DNA of 63,420 bases, counting the filler, from Folioceros fuciformis (taxonomy: Eukaryota): assembly GCA_049999805.1 (NCBI GenBank). It is 12 parts of 12 records of this genome, joined end to end, with 100 filler letters (N's around TTAATTAATTAA, not from the genome) between each part and the next. Parts side by side here need not be neighbours in the genome. Positions count along the whole stretch, not along the records: positions 19,961 to 33,669 come from JBNGIO010001867.1; positions 33,770 to 38,913 come from JBNGIO010001868.1; 10 more parts are not named here. One strand, given 5' to 3'. Every line of letters starts with the position of its first letter. Position 1 is the stretch's first letter. The notes under the pieces were generated by a model. It did no database searches and was not told the DNA's origin. It saw only the letters and a list, made by a program, of their open reading frames with translations. Positions 23,387-36,546 of this stretch are shown here, piece by piece. Made by a program: the position numbers and the translations under genes.

Positions 23387-26300
23387 TTACCAGCTGGGAG
23401 AGGCGTTTTGATGGACGCCATTAGAGGTTGCCGTTTTGGGGACAGCTAACATCCTCAGCAAGCCAATCACATCTTCGGCTGACTGTAGAGAGTACCTTGC
23501 GTCAGAGCGCTTCCGGCCTACAGCGCAAGAGAAGTAATTCTCGTCCTGTAAATCCCTTAACGCCCATGCCGAGTCTCGTACTCCAGCTTCCTCCTCCGCT
23601 GTTTCCAGGTCTGTTTTCCGGTCCTTCGCCAACATGCTCCTGCCGTGATCCGGCGATGCATATACCTTCCCCCGAGAGGTTCCCAACTTGCTTCCTGCTT
23701 TGGCCAGCATTCTTTCAGTTACCTTGGCTGAAAGCTTACGATCCCCAAAGATCTTGTTATTCTCCGTCTTCCCATTGTTGGTCGGCACCTCTCTGTCAAG
23801 AGGTCGATCTGGCTCAAAATACGTGTAGATATCTTCGTCCTGCAATTCAAAAAAATCCCAGCTTCAGATCGGCGTGATCGACGACCGGTACCCCTCATGC
23901 AAAATTTTGCATCGGGAGACCACCATGCCTTGCGAACAGAAGACATCTAGATCCTAGGTCAGGAAATAGAACCAAACCTTAGGCAGGAAATGGCCCAGCA
24001 CCATTACGTAGTCAATTCGACTAGTCATCTTCTTTGAATGAACTATTCTAGTTAAAATGCGTTCAATCGCAGCACCCTGCCACATTTTCAAGTGCAAGTT
24101 AGGCACCCATTTCGACCATCGCAATTGTGCATTGCTTGCAGCCACCTGCAGACCCTTTCCCCTGTACCTTGGAGACACCAACAGGTCGAACTTCAACTGA
24201 TTTGCTGCCCTGCACCACATCAACTGCAGCATTGGAAATGGGCCCTGTGTACAAGTGCTGCAACATATCCCGTGCTTGCACCTTACCAAACTCCACATCT
24301 GGGCATTTCACTGGAACATGATCAGTCACTTAAAGAGCCCTCTGCCGAACATCTGCTACATGAGTCATAGGAAGGGATTCCCGATGGCAAACAACCCGTT
24401 GGATACCTGCAAACTTATAGTTCCACACCAGCGAAGTGTCCCGAAACTCAACGTAAGACCGAGGTGTCCGTTCACAAAAGTACTCAAAAACAAGCTGAAC
24501 AAACCAACACCCAGCAAATATCAGAATGGATCAATGCCAGCCCAGCTATGTCCATCACAGGTGTAACTACACCTGAAACATTCAACAAACATTTCACCTG
24601 TACACTTTCAAGCCAGTCCAGGTTGACGTGCTCTGGCATTGTCATCATCCATGAACCTTTAGTATGGCGGAGAAACATTCCATTCTCAGCAGCCAACCAC
24701 ATATCAAATTCTCCAAAAGCCTGAAACGAGCCACAGCGTTGTATAAGCAGCTGAGCAGCAGGTTGACATCAACTTGTGCACCCCATGGGATAGCAATTAC
24801 CACCTCATCCAAAACAGGCCGTGCACTGCCACTAAGTAGTAACACAGTTGTCTGAGAATCAGCCGACAGAAGCGCAAGCACCTCCTTCAGTCTCGAGTGG
24901 GCTTGCAGTTTCATCTCTTTGATCTGATCAGCACCTTTGCGCCCCAGATCCTCCACGTGAGCTGTCATGGTGGAGTTGAACCCCTGCAAGTGTGAAAAGA
25001 GTCAGTATCATAAGAAAGCAGAATGAAAACAAGTTAACATGCAACATTTTGCCACACAGTATACACGGAAGGCGCAAATCACCAGAATGAGCAGACGATT
25101 TTTAGCCCGCGCGAATCTATCCACAGCCACTTCCATTGGGAGTTGTGGAGGTGCATTCTTTGTTCGCAGCTCAGCCTCCACAATAGTATCATTTAACTCA
25201 CTGTATCCACCAAATCACACAGTTCCTTCAGCAAGCGTATTCCTTCTCCTACACAGTTCTTGGTAAAACCTATCTTCTTGCACCTGCCTTAGGTGGAAAC
25301 CCCTGACACCCTTCCAACCCTAGAAGACTCACAGAAGCCTACTGGGAAGGTGGCATAGAACCAACAAGATATTATTTAGCTTGATACCTTGAGAAAGCAG
25401 CTTCCACGTCCAAGACAGGACTTAGATTGAGCCACTATATGGTCCATTTGTCATTGTACCCATTACTGCCTTGGGCAGCTTTGGCCGACTACTAATTCGT
25501 TCTGTTTTTAACATCCTACTGCAGACTGATGACACTCCTTATCCTTTCCCCAAGGAAACATCTTGGAAAGCAAGCCATCCATAATTGCAAACTATCATCA
25601 GGAAGTCAGAAAAAGGAGCAGTCATCATCACAGAGCCACAATCAGAAAGCATACGCATGAGGCTCTGGTTTCTAGCTTCTTCACCTCACAAATGTATCTG
25701 CCCAAGCCTGAGCTGTATGGGTTGTCACATGAGAGTAAATGTGGCGGTGCCGTTCTTCCCTCTCATCATCCTTCATCGTCAAGGCATCTTGGATCGAGTC
25801 AGCAACTTCACTTATGTTCCAAGGATTTACGAGCATGGCTCCAGCGCCCAAGGACTGAGCAGCTCCAGCAAACTACATCCCAATTCTTAGATAAGTCTCG
25901 GGTTTGCATCTCAACTTGGATACTTTAGACCATGCAAAACACGACCCCACAAACACATGGTTCACGAGAAACTATTACCTCGCTTAAGATCAACACACCC
26001 TTCTTGGAGCTCTGGCAAGCCACAAACTCATAGCTTACGAGGTTCATACCATCACGTAAGGATGTGACGAGTACCACATCTGCGGAAAGCCGAAACACCC
26101 GGTTAGCCTCACAAAAAGCAGAGCTAGACTGACCACTTAGGCTTCCACGCCAAGAAGGGCCAGCTGCCCACAATCCGGAAACTTCTCTTACGTGAAACCA
26201 AGACCAGCAACATGAGGAACTTGCAAGACGTTTAGGTGCTTGTGGCCAACCTGCCACCGCATACAGTGAGCACAACTCCCTGAAGGGTAGAGAACAGTCC

Positions 26301-28915
26301 TGCACACAGCTTCTTCGTGAGATATTTTCAATTTATCTCATTTGCACGTACTCATCATTCCCCTAGCCACTGGGCAGCACAATTGAGGGCACATCAGCAC
26401 ATTTGCATAATCCCATGCACAGCACCGATGCGCGTACCAGGTAGCTGATGGGAAAATGTGCAATTTTCCCAAAACGCCCATTTATACGTCCCACAATTTC
26501 GTGAACCTGGCTTGCCAGACGTTGATCTGCAAGACAGTATCTAAGGTGAGGACAAGCAGACAAGATCCCTATGAACCTTTGAAATTCTTTTCCTGTCTGT
26601 TAGTTGTGATGTAAGCATGCACCCCTGCCACTGCTGAAAGCGATCAATTTGTACCCTTTACTAAATTACAACTCAAAGCGAAGTACATCGTCTTACATTC
26701 ATGGACATCAGTCCTTGTTGGTACGGCAATTTGAACAAGCAACACCTTGTCCCGCCACTCCTTATTGTCCTCCAGAAATTGTTCATATGCTAGGAGCTTC
26801 TGGGGAATCCCCTTTATCATATCCAGCCTGTCAACGCCCAACATTACCTGACACCGAAGCTCGACAACTTAGTGGTGAGACAGTGCACATCCCAAAGAAC
26901 TCCAGAGTCAGAGGCAAACAATCTGACATTCATCACTAAAAGCCCCATGACCAACAGCTGGTAGCCAAGGTAGTCTTGACAAAACATAGTGCACAATATG
27001 TTCCAGTGATTCCTGCATTCTCGAACAAGGTAGTTACCTTCTTCCCAGCAAATCGGGCCTGCAAATCCCTGATGTTGGATTTCACTTCCTCTGTCTCGAG
27101 AGCTTGGATGAACCTTTGAGGATCGATCCCGATGGGAAACTGCAAAAGCCATTCTCGCCAGTTCTTAGGATACCCATCAGCACTTCATCGGAAGGGCGAA
27201 AAGAGAGGATTCCGCAAAGCATAAACATCACTGCCAAGAGAAATTAATGGATAAAGAGGTCATACCGCTGCAACCCTTGTGAGTCTGCCTTGATCTTCCA
27301 CACCCTCCGGGGTTCCCTCCAGTCCAAGAATGCGAGTGCAAGCACTGACAAAATGCCTAGCATAGTCGTAGGTGTGGAATCTGCAGCCATAACGGACTCC
27401 TATGACAGTGAGACCACAAAATCCTAGAAGCCGCAGCATTGAGAGAAGTAGATCAGAAGAGGTAGCACCTACCCAATCAAGTCAGCCGTCAATACTGCTT
27501 TGAGCAATTCGGAGCGTAAGGGGAGAGTCCGATAAATCTCAGACGACGGAAAAGGAGTATGAAGAAACCACCCAACTTTCATGTGATTATTGAGCTGCTT
27601 CAGACACTTAGGGAGGAACATAAGGTGATAGTCATGGCACCAAACTATATCTCCCTCCTGGTATTGGGAGAAGACAACGTTTGCGAACTGCTTGTTGGCC
27701 CGGAAATAGGCATCAAACTGGGACTGCAAACTGTGCGTGGCAGCGAGCCTGTCCTCCTGCGGAAGGCCAATGTAGTGGAACAATGGCCATAGTACGTTGT
27801 TACAATATCCATTGTAGTACTGATCCAGAGTCTCTTCATCCAGGAAGACAGGAATGAAACCCTGCACGCACAATGAGATGAGCACACGCCCAGAGAAAAA
27901 CAAAAGCCTGGGAAGCCGCCTCCTAAACTGCAATTCAGCGCCCGACAGACAGAAAGACAAAAAAAATGCTTGTTCCATGAGAGAAACAGAATGCGAAGCA
28001 GCGCGTCTCTACCTTTTCCTCCAAAGCGGACGACAGCTCCTTCCGTCCGTCCTCGTCAGGGACGTAGACGCCCGGCCAACCAATCCACCTGGTTTCGAAA
28101 TTCTGCCTAACACCTTCATCAAACAAACGGAAATCTATGAGTACAGCAAGGCAGCGCTGCGATCCAGCAGCAACAGGCAGGGTCAGGACCACGAGCGAGA
28201 GCGCGGGGCAGTTACGGGACAGATAAGGAAAACAGCAGGCAGTACCAAGAAGAGCGCTGACAAGGCCACCGGCGCTGAGCTCCAGGGACCACGAGTTGTC
28301 TGGATTCCTGATCGCAGACACGGGCAACCTGTTGGCAACCACGATCAGGCGTTGGGTTGGTTCGGCAGACGGCAGCTGCTGCTGCTGATTTTGGGTGCCA
28401 TTCTCCTTTCCGAGCTCGCCTCCCTCCAAGTTGTCCAACCCCTTCCAGTAGTCGACACCCGTGGCCTCCTCCTTCCCGGCGACGGCGCCGGCACCGGCAC
28501 CGGCGGCGACGTCCCCCACCTGTCGGACCCAGAAAGGCTCGTTGGCGCCCACCCTGCTCTCGCAATCCTCGAGATCCTTGTACCGGCCGCCGCTCCTGCG
28601 CAGTTCCCTGTCGCGCAGCAGCCTGGTAATCCGCGACGGATTCACGGTGTTGTGGCTTCCCTTGAGCGCGGCCGTGAGGTCACGCACCACATCATCCGTG
28701 AGGGACGAGGTCCTAGGCAGCGGCAGCGCGGGTGTGTGCTGATCCAGCTCTCCTGAGCCGGAGAAGGAGAAGCGGCGGGTTAGGCCCGACACCGGTCCTG
28801 GGCCTGGGCCCGGGCCGGGCCCCGGCACCGGCCCCGGCCCTGCCGCGGCCTCCTCTCCCTCCCATTCCCTTCCACGCTGCTGCGCGCTGCTGCGAATGTT
28901 CAAAGGGTACGGCAT
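23387..28915 (-). CDS. TPS1: Class I trehalose-6-phosphate synthase (TPS plus degenerate TPP domain), multi-exon
   Basis: [131 protein letters not shown] (MPYPL) at 28915. Confidence 0.96.
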
Positions 28916-30484
28916 ACACGCTGTCGGGTACAAGCAGGACAGAAATCACAAAGTGCGGGGCGGAGCGGGCCGCGACGGAGGCTGCGGGGCTGTGCTACCC
29001 TGCCAGCTCGCTCTCGCAGGCACGCAACTGTTTCACAACAAACATGGCACGCGCCCAACCATTCCCTTCCTCCTCCCTTTCGCCGGATCGCTCCACCTCA
29101 CTAGTCCTCTTCTGCCGGCCAGCGCGCGCACGCACTCTCTCTCACACACAAACACACACACACACAAGCCACAATTTGACTCCACCCCACTCGATTCGAC
29201 TCCACAGAATTCACACAGGGCCCCCCAATTCCTCCGCCTCCTCCCGATTCCTGGCACCCTCCCCGGCAAAGCTGCAGGTGGGGCGGCAGAGCGGGTACTA
29301 TACCCGGCCGGGCCGACAGAGGGCGGAATTGCACATGTCAAACGCAGCCGGACGGGAAGCCCAGACCCAGGCTCCGGCTCCGCACCCAGCCGGCCACCCC
29401 GGTGGGCGCCAGAGGCAGAGGCAGAGGCGCCTCGTCCGCCGGCGCCGTCTGTTGCCACCCGCACCGCTCACGCACCATGCCACACCTCTCCTCCGCTTGC
29501 TCCCTTACACTCCCGCACCAGGCACCAGGCCAGGAAAGGAAGAGCCCAACGAAAGGGGCCCCTCTCCCCCTAAAAAAAGGAAAAAAAAAAAAAATCGAAT
29601 TGTCACGAAGCTGGTGCAAACAGGAGCGGCAGAAGGCCTGTTCTCGAGACAGACAGACAGACAGACAAGCAGCAGGAAGAAGAAGAAGAGAGGAAGGTGG
29701 AGACCGGAAATCTCTTCGGTGTTCCGCTCCCACCAGACTCAGGGAGAGCAGCAGCGCGAGTGCAGGGAAGCGGGGAGCCGAGGGGCGCATAAATATGCGC
29801 ACAGGAGCTGTGGAGAGTGCAGAGACAGAGGCAGAATAGAAGGAGCGGCAATGGGGGCACGGAGCTGCAGGCTGCAGCAGGAAGAGGAAGGGGAAGAGGC
29901 AGAGGAGGAGGAAGTGGAGAAGGCGCAGCAGGAGGAGGCGGGAGACAGCTGGGCCAGATTCCCAAGAGAGTGGTTGCCGTTCCTTATTTCTTCTCCACTC
30001 TATTCTACTCCACTCCACCCCACCCCTCTTCCTTCTTCTTCCCGCCTTTTACCCTTTCCCTTTTTTTTTATCCGCATCCCTTTTTTTCTCCTTTCTCTCT
30101 CCCTGAAGCCGGAGGCCTCGAGACGAGGGCATGGACTAGGACTGCCTGAGAGCCTGAGCCTGTGCCTGATGAGCCTGTGCCTGTGCCTGTACAGGCGTGT
30201 GCCGAAACCCGAGCCTGAGCTGGAGCTCGCTCAGGCCCTGGAGGTGCGGTGCGTGCACTTTCTTTTCGCTTTCGGCTTTCGGCTTGCGGCTTTCAGCTTT
30301 CCTCTTGGACGTTGACGAGCTCGCCTAACATCCCTTCACCAGCTCAGCTCTCTTGTTCCCCGCCGCGTCACTGTAAGTTCAGTCACATCCCTTCCTTCCC
30401 TTGTAAAAAGGCAGGGGATAGTCTAGAACTGGGAGTGGCAGTGGCATCCTTCTCTTCCAGTGATTCTCTCCTCTATTCTCTTCT

Positions 30485-30523
30485 CTGGTCTGGTCTGGTC
30501 TGGTCTGGTCTGGTCTGGTCTGG
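30485..30523. repeat. (CTGGT)n microsatellite in the low-complexity region upstream of TPS1
   Basis: Seven perfect units plus one partial unit. Confidence 0.9.
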
Positions 30524-33078
30524 ACTGCTCTGTTCTACTCAGCTCTGTTTCACGCACGGGTAGACGGATAGATAAGACCGGGTCCGTGCCACACCTACCA
30601 CACTCACTCTTCGGATGGTCTGGCCTTCTCCTGCCTTCTTCTCCGTCCCCTTCCTTCCCCTTCCCCGTCCTTCCCCTTCCCCGTCCTTCCCCTTCCTTGC
30701 CTGGCCTTTCCCTTATTTTTATCTCAGGCATCATTCATACATATGCAGAGGGAAGGACTAGGTCCTCGAATGCGCTCCTGGAAGTGCTTGGCGAGACGAG
30801 TCCCAACGACCAGCAACTCATGAACGCCTCTGATTCAGCACAGCCCAGGCCCCAGCTCCAGTCCCAGCCCAACTGCCTATGCACGTGGACCCGCCTACCG
30901 GCCTACCTCGCCACACAAACACGCCTCACAACCTGCTTGTACTGCCCCCCCCCCTTTTCTTCCTTCCCTTCTTCCTCCCTTTCCATGCTTTACCAGCATC
31001 GCATCAAATCGTACGTATCATTCCATCGTATGTACATATCGTGATGGAGCCGTAGACTTACCACTTTATCTCATTCTGCCAGGCAGCCAGGCCTGACCGA
31101 TGCCGTCACCTCCCGACTCCTTGGAATCTTCGTTTGCTTTTGCCGTAAAGCACCAAGAACACGGGGTCGGCTCCAGTCCAGTCGGTACCACAATAATCCA
31201 TGTATGTATCTATGTACAGATCACTTTATTAACCTCACAGTGCAACCTTTGAATGCATGTCATACTATACTTTAAAATGGAGTGACCCAACTCAATTAAG
31301 CTAAACTTTAGAAGCCAGCTCACATAAGGATAAGCTCAACTTCAGAAAGCTAAGCACGTCCTCCTAAGAATAAGCTCAACTTCAAAAGCATGCTCAAGAA
31401 GGAAGGAAGGAAGTTATTGATCTACATCGCAATCACCATCGAATAGCGAATTTGAAAAGAGATGTTTTCACTTACAAAGTGTCCTATCAAGACACCTTAC
31501 CTTCCCCTTGTCAGAGACGATAGGTAGTCTGCTATGATGAACAAATGGTGTGTGACCCAACTATGTACGTAACTTGCAAGTCAGCCAACAAACGGACTAG
31601 ACCAAACTCGAACTAGACCAATCAGACCTGGACTTGGATACACCTGCAACACAAAAATGGACTTGTACATGCCAACAAACAGATTGGACTGGACCAGACT
31701 TGTACATGCTCATTGCACAGATTTGCAAATCTACCTGTCACCCAACGCAACGAACTTTTACATCTTCTAATGCTTCCACCTACCATTGTGGCACATCTCT
31801 CGCCTAGCCAGTGGTCTAGTACAAGAAAGAGAATCAACTTTATGGATCTCTCACCTAACCATTTTGTTCAAGGCGGAGGTAGGCCACACTTGTTTCCTAT
31901 GAAGCATCCATCCATCATTTTCACTCTTCTGCTTTTTAGTACCTGGTACATGTCTAGAGAAAATATCAGTCTTCTTTTGCAGGCATAAACTGCAATGGAC
32001 AAACACATCATCTAATAGTAACACACTTCAAATCCATGAAAGGAGTGGTGGTCTGGTTGTGTTTGGATGGAAATCATTGAAATCCTTACACCTCCTTCTG
32101 AATGTAAACTTCAATGGGGTTGTCACCAAAATAACATGAAGGAACTAAGTTTAGAAACTTGGTTGTAGATACGAATTGTCTACTCTACTTTACTTGAGAG
32201 AAACAACGTGGAAAACTTGTTTACCCCCAAACAGGGTGAGTCGGGACAAGTCACATTTGCAGGACAAACCACCAATGTGACTGGGCCACCAGAGGCACCA
32301 CTGCCGACAAGAATCTCGAACATACCGTAGTATGTCGTGATGTAGATAAAGAAAATGATGTTGGCGGAACTTAGTTATAAACAAATGAACATGACAAAGA
32401 AAAACAAAGAATCCTAGTACAAGAGGGCGAATGTGCTCGACAAGGAATGAACGAGGTAAGAAAGAAACGCATCTAGGCGGTCCATTCCCCAGCATCAATC
32501 CCCCCTGGCTGCAAACCCAGCTCAGCTCAAAGCACGCCAGAAATTCTCTGTTAGAGTGGGGTGAGCAGGGCAGGTATAAAGGCATCTAAAACGTCATGGC
32601 ATTCGCCAATGGGAATTCTTGGGACCTATTCAACACCGTAGTGGCGGTGTTGTGGTGGATTGTGTTTGTCCTATTGTGTTGTGGTGCACAAGCCAATCAG
32701 ATGCCACGAAATCTAGTAACATAATGGTGGCGCATGTACATGCGTGTGAGACACAGATAGACAGACTGTGTGTGTGTGTGAATTCCCTGGCCAACCTTCC
32801 AGGGAATACGTCGCCAATGCACGTAGATGGCAGGCCAGGCCCCGGCCCAGGCCCCGCCCCCCCCCCGCCCCAGCCTCAGGCCCAGCCCCAGGCCCAGGCC
32901 CAGGCGCATCTGACGTCAATGACTCACACTCTCAGGGTAGAGTCAATCCGGTCGTACTTGTGACCCAGCAGGCAGCACTGCCATTCGTCCGCCATACCCC
33001 GCAGACATACTCCTCCCCGCCGTCGGGTCAGCTAAAATCGTGGCCGGGATTCGCGATCCGACGAGCGAGGCGATAACC

Positions 33079-33375
33079 ATGGCCCTGACAAGCCGAGCAT
33101 CAGCTACTCCAACAGCAGCAGCGGTAGCAGAGGCGGAAGCTGGGATTGTGTTGGATGTTGCCCGGCACCGCTTCCAGACGCTGGACGGCAAGGCATATCT
33201 CGACTACCGGGAGGTGGCTGGAGGAGCTGTCGGCAAGGCGGCGCTGGAGCTGGTGCATACCTACGTGCCGCCTAGCAAGAGAGGCGGGGGCCTGGCATCC
33301 AAGCTGTGCCGGGCAGCTTGCGCGTACGCTAGGGAACGGGACCTGCGTATCATTCCGACCTGCTCCTACGTCTCG
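33079..33375 (+). CDS. GNAT acetyltransferase (At1g77540/YjdJ type), exon 1
   Basis: RFQTLDGKAYLDY, LELVHTYVPPSKRGGGLASKLC, IIPTCSYVS followed by donor GTAAAA. Confidence 0.9.
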
Positions 33376-34290
33376 GTAAAATCCCTAACCAGGCCTGCCC
33401 TGCCCTGCTTCATCACCAGCGCCTGCACCTGCACCTGCACCTGCGCTGGCCACCTGCTGACAATACATGTGCCTGCTGTGAGTCTCACCAGGTTGCTGTG
33501 TCCCGCGGCCTGCGTCATAGATAGAGATATGTGTGCTCCTGCTGCTGCCACTGGCGTCGGGACACCCTGCTTCCTCCTACTCTGTGTTAGGTGTGGGGCC
33601 GGCGATGCCGTCTGCAATTGCCCTGCCCTGCCCTTCCCCTCCCTTCCCCTCCCTTCCCCTCCCTTCCCCNNNNNNNNNNNNNNNNNNNNNNNNNNNNNNN
33701 NNNNNNNNNNNNNTTAATTAATTAANNNNNNNNNNNNNNNNNNNNNNNNNNNNNNNNNNNNNNNNNNNNCTATAGCGCCGTCCCGATCGTAATGTCCAGC
33801 TGCGAGCACTTCCAGGCTCCGACGACAGGAGTCAGGCTGGAGTCCTCTTGCGCTCTCGCCGTCAATCACGTGAACTCTCACGCGTGACCTCTTAGTGAAA
33901 TGGAGTTCAAGGTAAGCTGCACTTTTTAGCGAGCGAAGTGAGGCAAAGCAGGCTTCAGCCAAGCGCCTTCGCACGGAACCCTCGTAACCACGTCTTTGCT
34001 TCCGAGTTGTTCCAATTGGTCGCTGCGAGGAGCTGGAAGGTCGGGCTTCTGTCAGATGTGGTTACGATTGTTGTTTGCAGGCGCATCCGGAGTTGGCAGA
34101 AATGGGGGAGGAGTCAATTTAAGCCATGATGGATGGAGTTTACTGGTTTTGTGGACTGTTGGGGGCGACGGTCAGTGCCTCCCCGCACTCGATTTCGCAG
34201 AAGCTTGACCAGAATGCAGCTCTGGGCTTGAAGTCGGCACCCAGAGAGCAGTGTAATGAAAATGTGAGTCTGCTGTTGTGCTCTGAAGAC

Positions 34291-35788
34291 ATGGCACGCA
34301 GGGGCAACGCTGTGGTGTTTGAGAAATGTGTTGCCTTTGTGTTACTGCTGATCAGTGCAAGCAGTAGTGCGCTTGGTTCCCCACTTTTTCCCGCCTGTTT
34401 TGTGTTTGGAGATTCTCTGGTGGACCCAGGGAACAACAATTTCCTGCCCCTCTCGCTCTCCAAGGCTAGCTTTCCCTACAATGGAATGGATTTTCCAGGG
34501 GGCCAGCCTACAGGCCGTTTTTGTAATGGCCGCACTGTCGTGGATGTGCTATGTGAGATTACTTTGTGGTGATTGCAGTAACCTCCATTGGTGTAGGCGC
34601 TCTAGCAGAAAGAAAGGTTTTTTACTTTGTGTGGTGTGCCTTGAACTTGCAGCCCAGCTCATTGGTTTCCAGAATTTTTTGCCTGCATACCTGAACCCTA
34701 CAACTACGGGAGCCCAGCTGCTGCAAGGCGTGAACTATGCATCAGGTGCTGGAGGGATTCTCAACTCCACTGGAGCAAATTTTGTGAGTTATCTTGTGCA
34801 AGTTGGGTTTGTGCATGTCGTTTCCGGAATGTTTTGGGAACTGACGACGTTGATGCCTGTCTTCAGATCCAACGTCTTTCGTTGGAATCTCAGATGCTAT
34901 ACTTTGAGGAAACTCTGGCCAGGATCAGAGCTCTGGTCGGAAGCCCAAAGCAGGAGCAGCTTGTGCGACGGGCCCTGTTTGTGGTGGTGATAGGAAGCAA
35001 TGACTACGTCAACAACTACTTGCTGAGTGACAGTGCCACTAAGGCTGAATACCCAGATAGTCAAGACTACCGTCGGCTTCTTATCACATCCTTCCATGCC
35101 CATCTCACCGTAAGTGGCTTCCCAAAGCCCGTAGCAGTAACGTACCTACCCCCATATCTGTGCCGCTTCTGAAGCTTTAGTTCACACTTGCAGAAGCTGT
35201 ATAGCTTGGGAGCGCGGAAGGTGGTGGTAACCGGGATCGGGCCACTCGGTTGCATACCACAGCAGCTGGCCACCAAATACGTCCTGAGCGGTCAGGCTGC
35301 ACCACTTGGCGAGCCTTGCATCAGCACGGTCAATAAGATGGTGACGGACTACAATTCCGCCCTGCAGGCCATGTTGACAGCTCTGAACGCCCAGCTACTC
35401 GACGTAACATTTGTGTACGCAGACTCTTATAATACCGTGCTACGCATAGTCCAAGACCCTGCATCCTATGGTACTTTCGTCTACCCGCGTGGCTCTAAGT
35501 AGTCAAGTTCAGGCTCTCACGGTGCAGGGCAGAAATGACAGGTGTCGTCTTGTTTGAATAGGCTTGCAAGTCATCAACCGGGGATGCTGTGGAGGAGGCC
35601 CTTTGAACGGAGTCCTTCCCTGCGACCAGTACTTGGGTGCCAGCTTGTGCGATGAGCGATCCAAGTTCCTATTCTGGGACGCCTTCCATCCCTCAGACGC
35701 TGCCAATGTTATCATGGCCACGGGCTTGTTCAATGGCACCGGCCAAGATGTGAGACCCATCAATGTCCGGCAGCTTGCTCGCGTGTGA
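34291..35788 (+). CDS. GDSL esterase/lipase 1 (5 exons)
   Basis: Signal peptide; FVFGDSLVDPGNN; TGRFCNG; GVNYASG; IGSNDY; GPLGCIP; FWDAFHPS. Confidence 0.95.
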
Positions 35789-36546
35789 AAAACCTTAGAT
35801 CCTTCTTATGCAGGTCTTGACCTGGGTGAAGTGCAGCTGATCCCCTGGATCCCCCTTTTACTCTCATGAGAAACTTGTCTGAAGACTCAGATTGAGGCTG
35901 GAGCATGATGGGCGCTGAGCATCATTGTACCGAAGTCAAGCCCAGCAACGGAAGCTTGGCCAGATTGAGGATGCATGGCATTGCATTTGGAAAGGGAAAA
36001 CGAAGCCAAGTATGTACTGCTGAGCTCGTAGTTTAAATGCGAGAGTTCGGGTGTGAAAATTTTGCGGATTTGTACAAAACAGCTGCGGCTGCTTGTCCAT
36101 GACGGCTGGAACAAATTTGATCGGGCGGTGGGACAAAATTAAGTGAGAGCAAAGCTGTGTACAAGGTACATGCAGCTAAGAGAGTGAAGCATCGATGAAT
36201 TGAATAGCATGTTGCTTTCCGCCATTACTCCACGTCAGCCAGTGCGTAGGGAACTCGCGTGGCCTGCCACCCTCTTTAACTTTACGCAGGCTGGAAACAG
36301 CCAACCTCTGCCTCCTTCAAAGCCCCCTCACTCTTGAACTTGTGCCTCCATTTTCCGGTTTCCCACCTTCAGACTGCAACTGTCTCCACCTTCCGTGGCT
36401 AGCGGCTGCCTCTCATTGCTTCCCTCCCGCGGGATCGTGTGATGAGTGATGAGAATGCTCCTGCAGGAGGTTCCCAGTAGTACTCACGTCGAGTGAGGGA
36501 AGGAATTGGAGATTTCCCTCGACCAGTACTAGAGTAACCAAGATTA

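Noticed and set aside
27854-28756. 300-aa plus-strand ORF
   Set aside because: Antisense shadow of TPS1 exons.
28732-30315. 527-aa plus-strand ORF and overlapping ORFs
   Set aside because: GC-rich microsatellite sequence antisense to the TPS1 5' region; no domain content.
31200-32600. Possible decayed TE between TPS1 and the GNAT gene
   Set aside because: AT-richer with short repeats, but no recognisable domain or termini.
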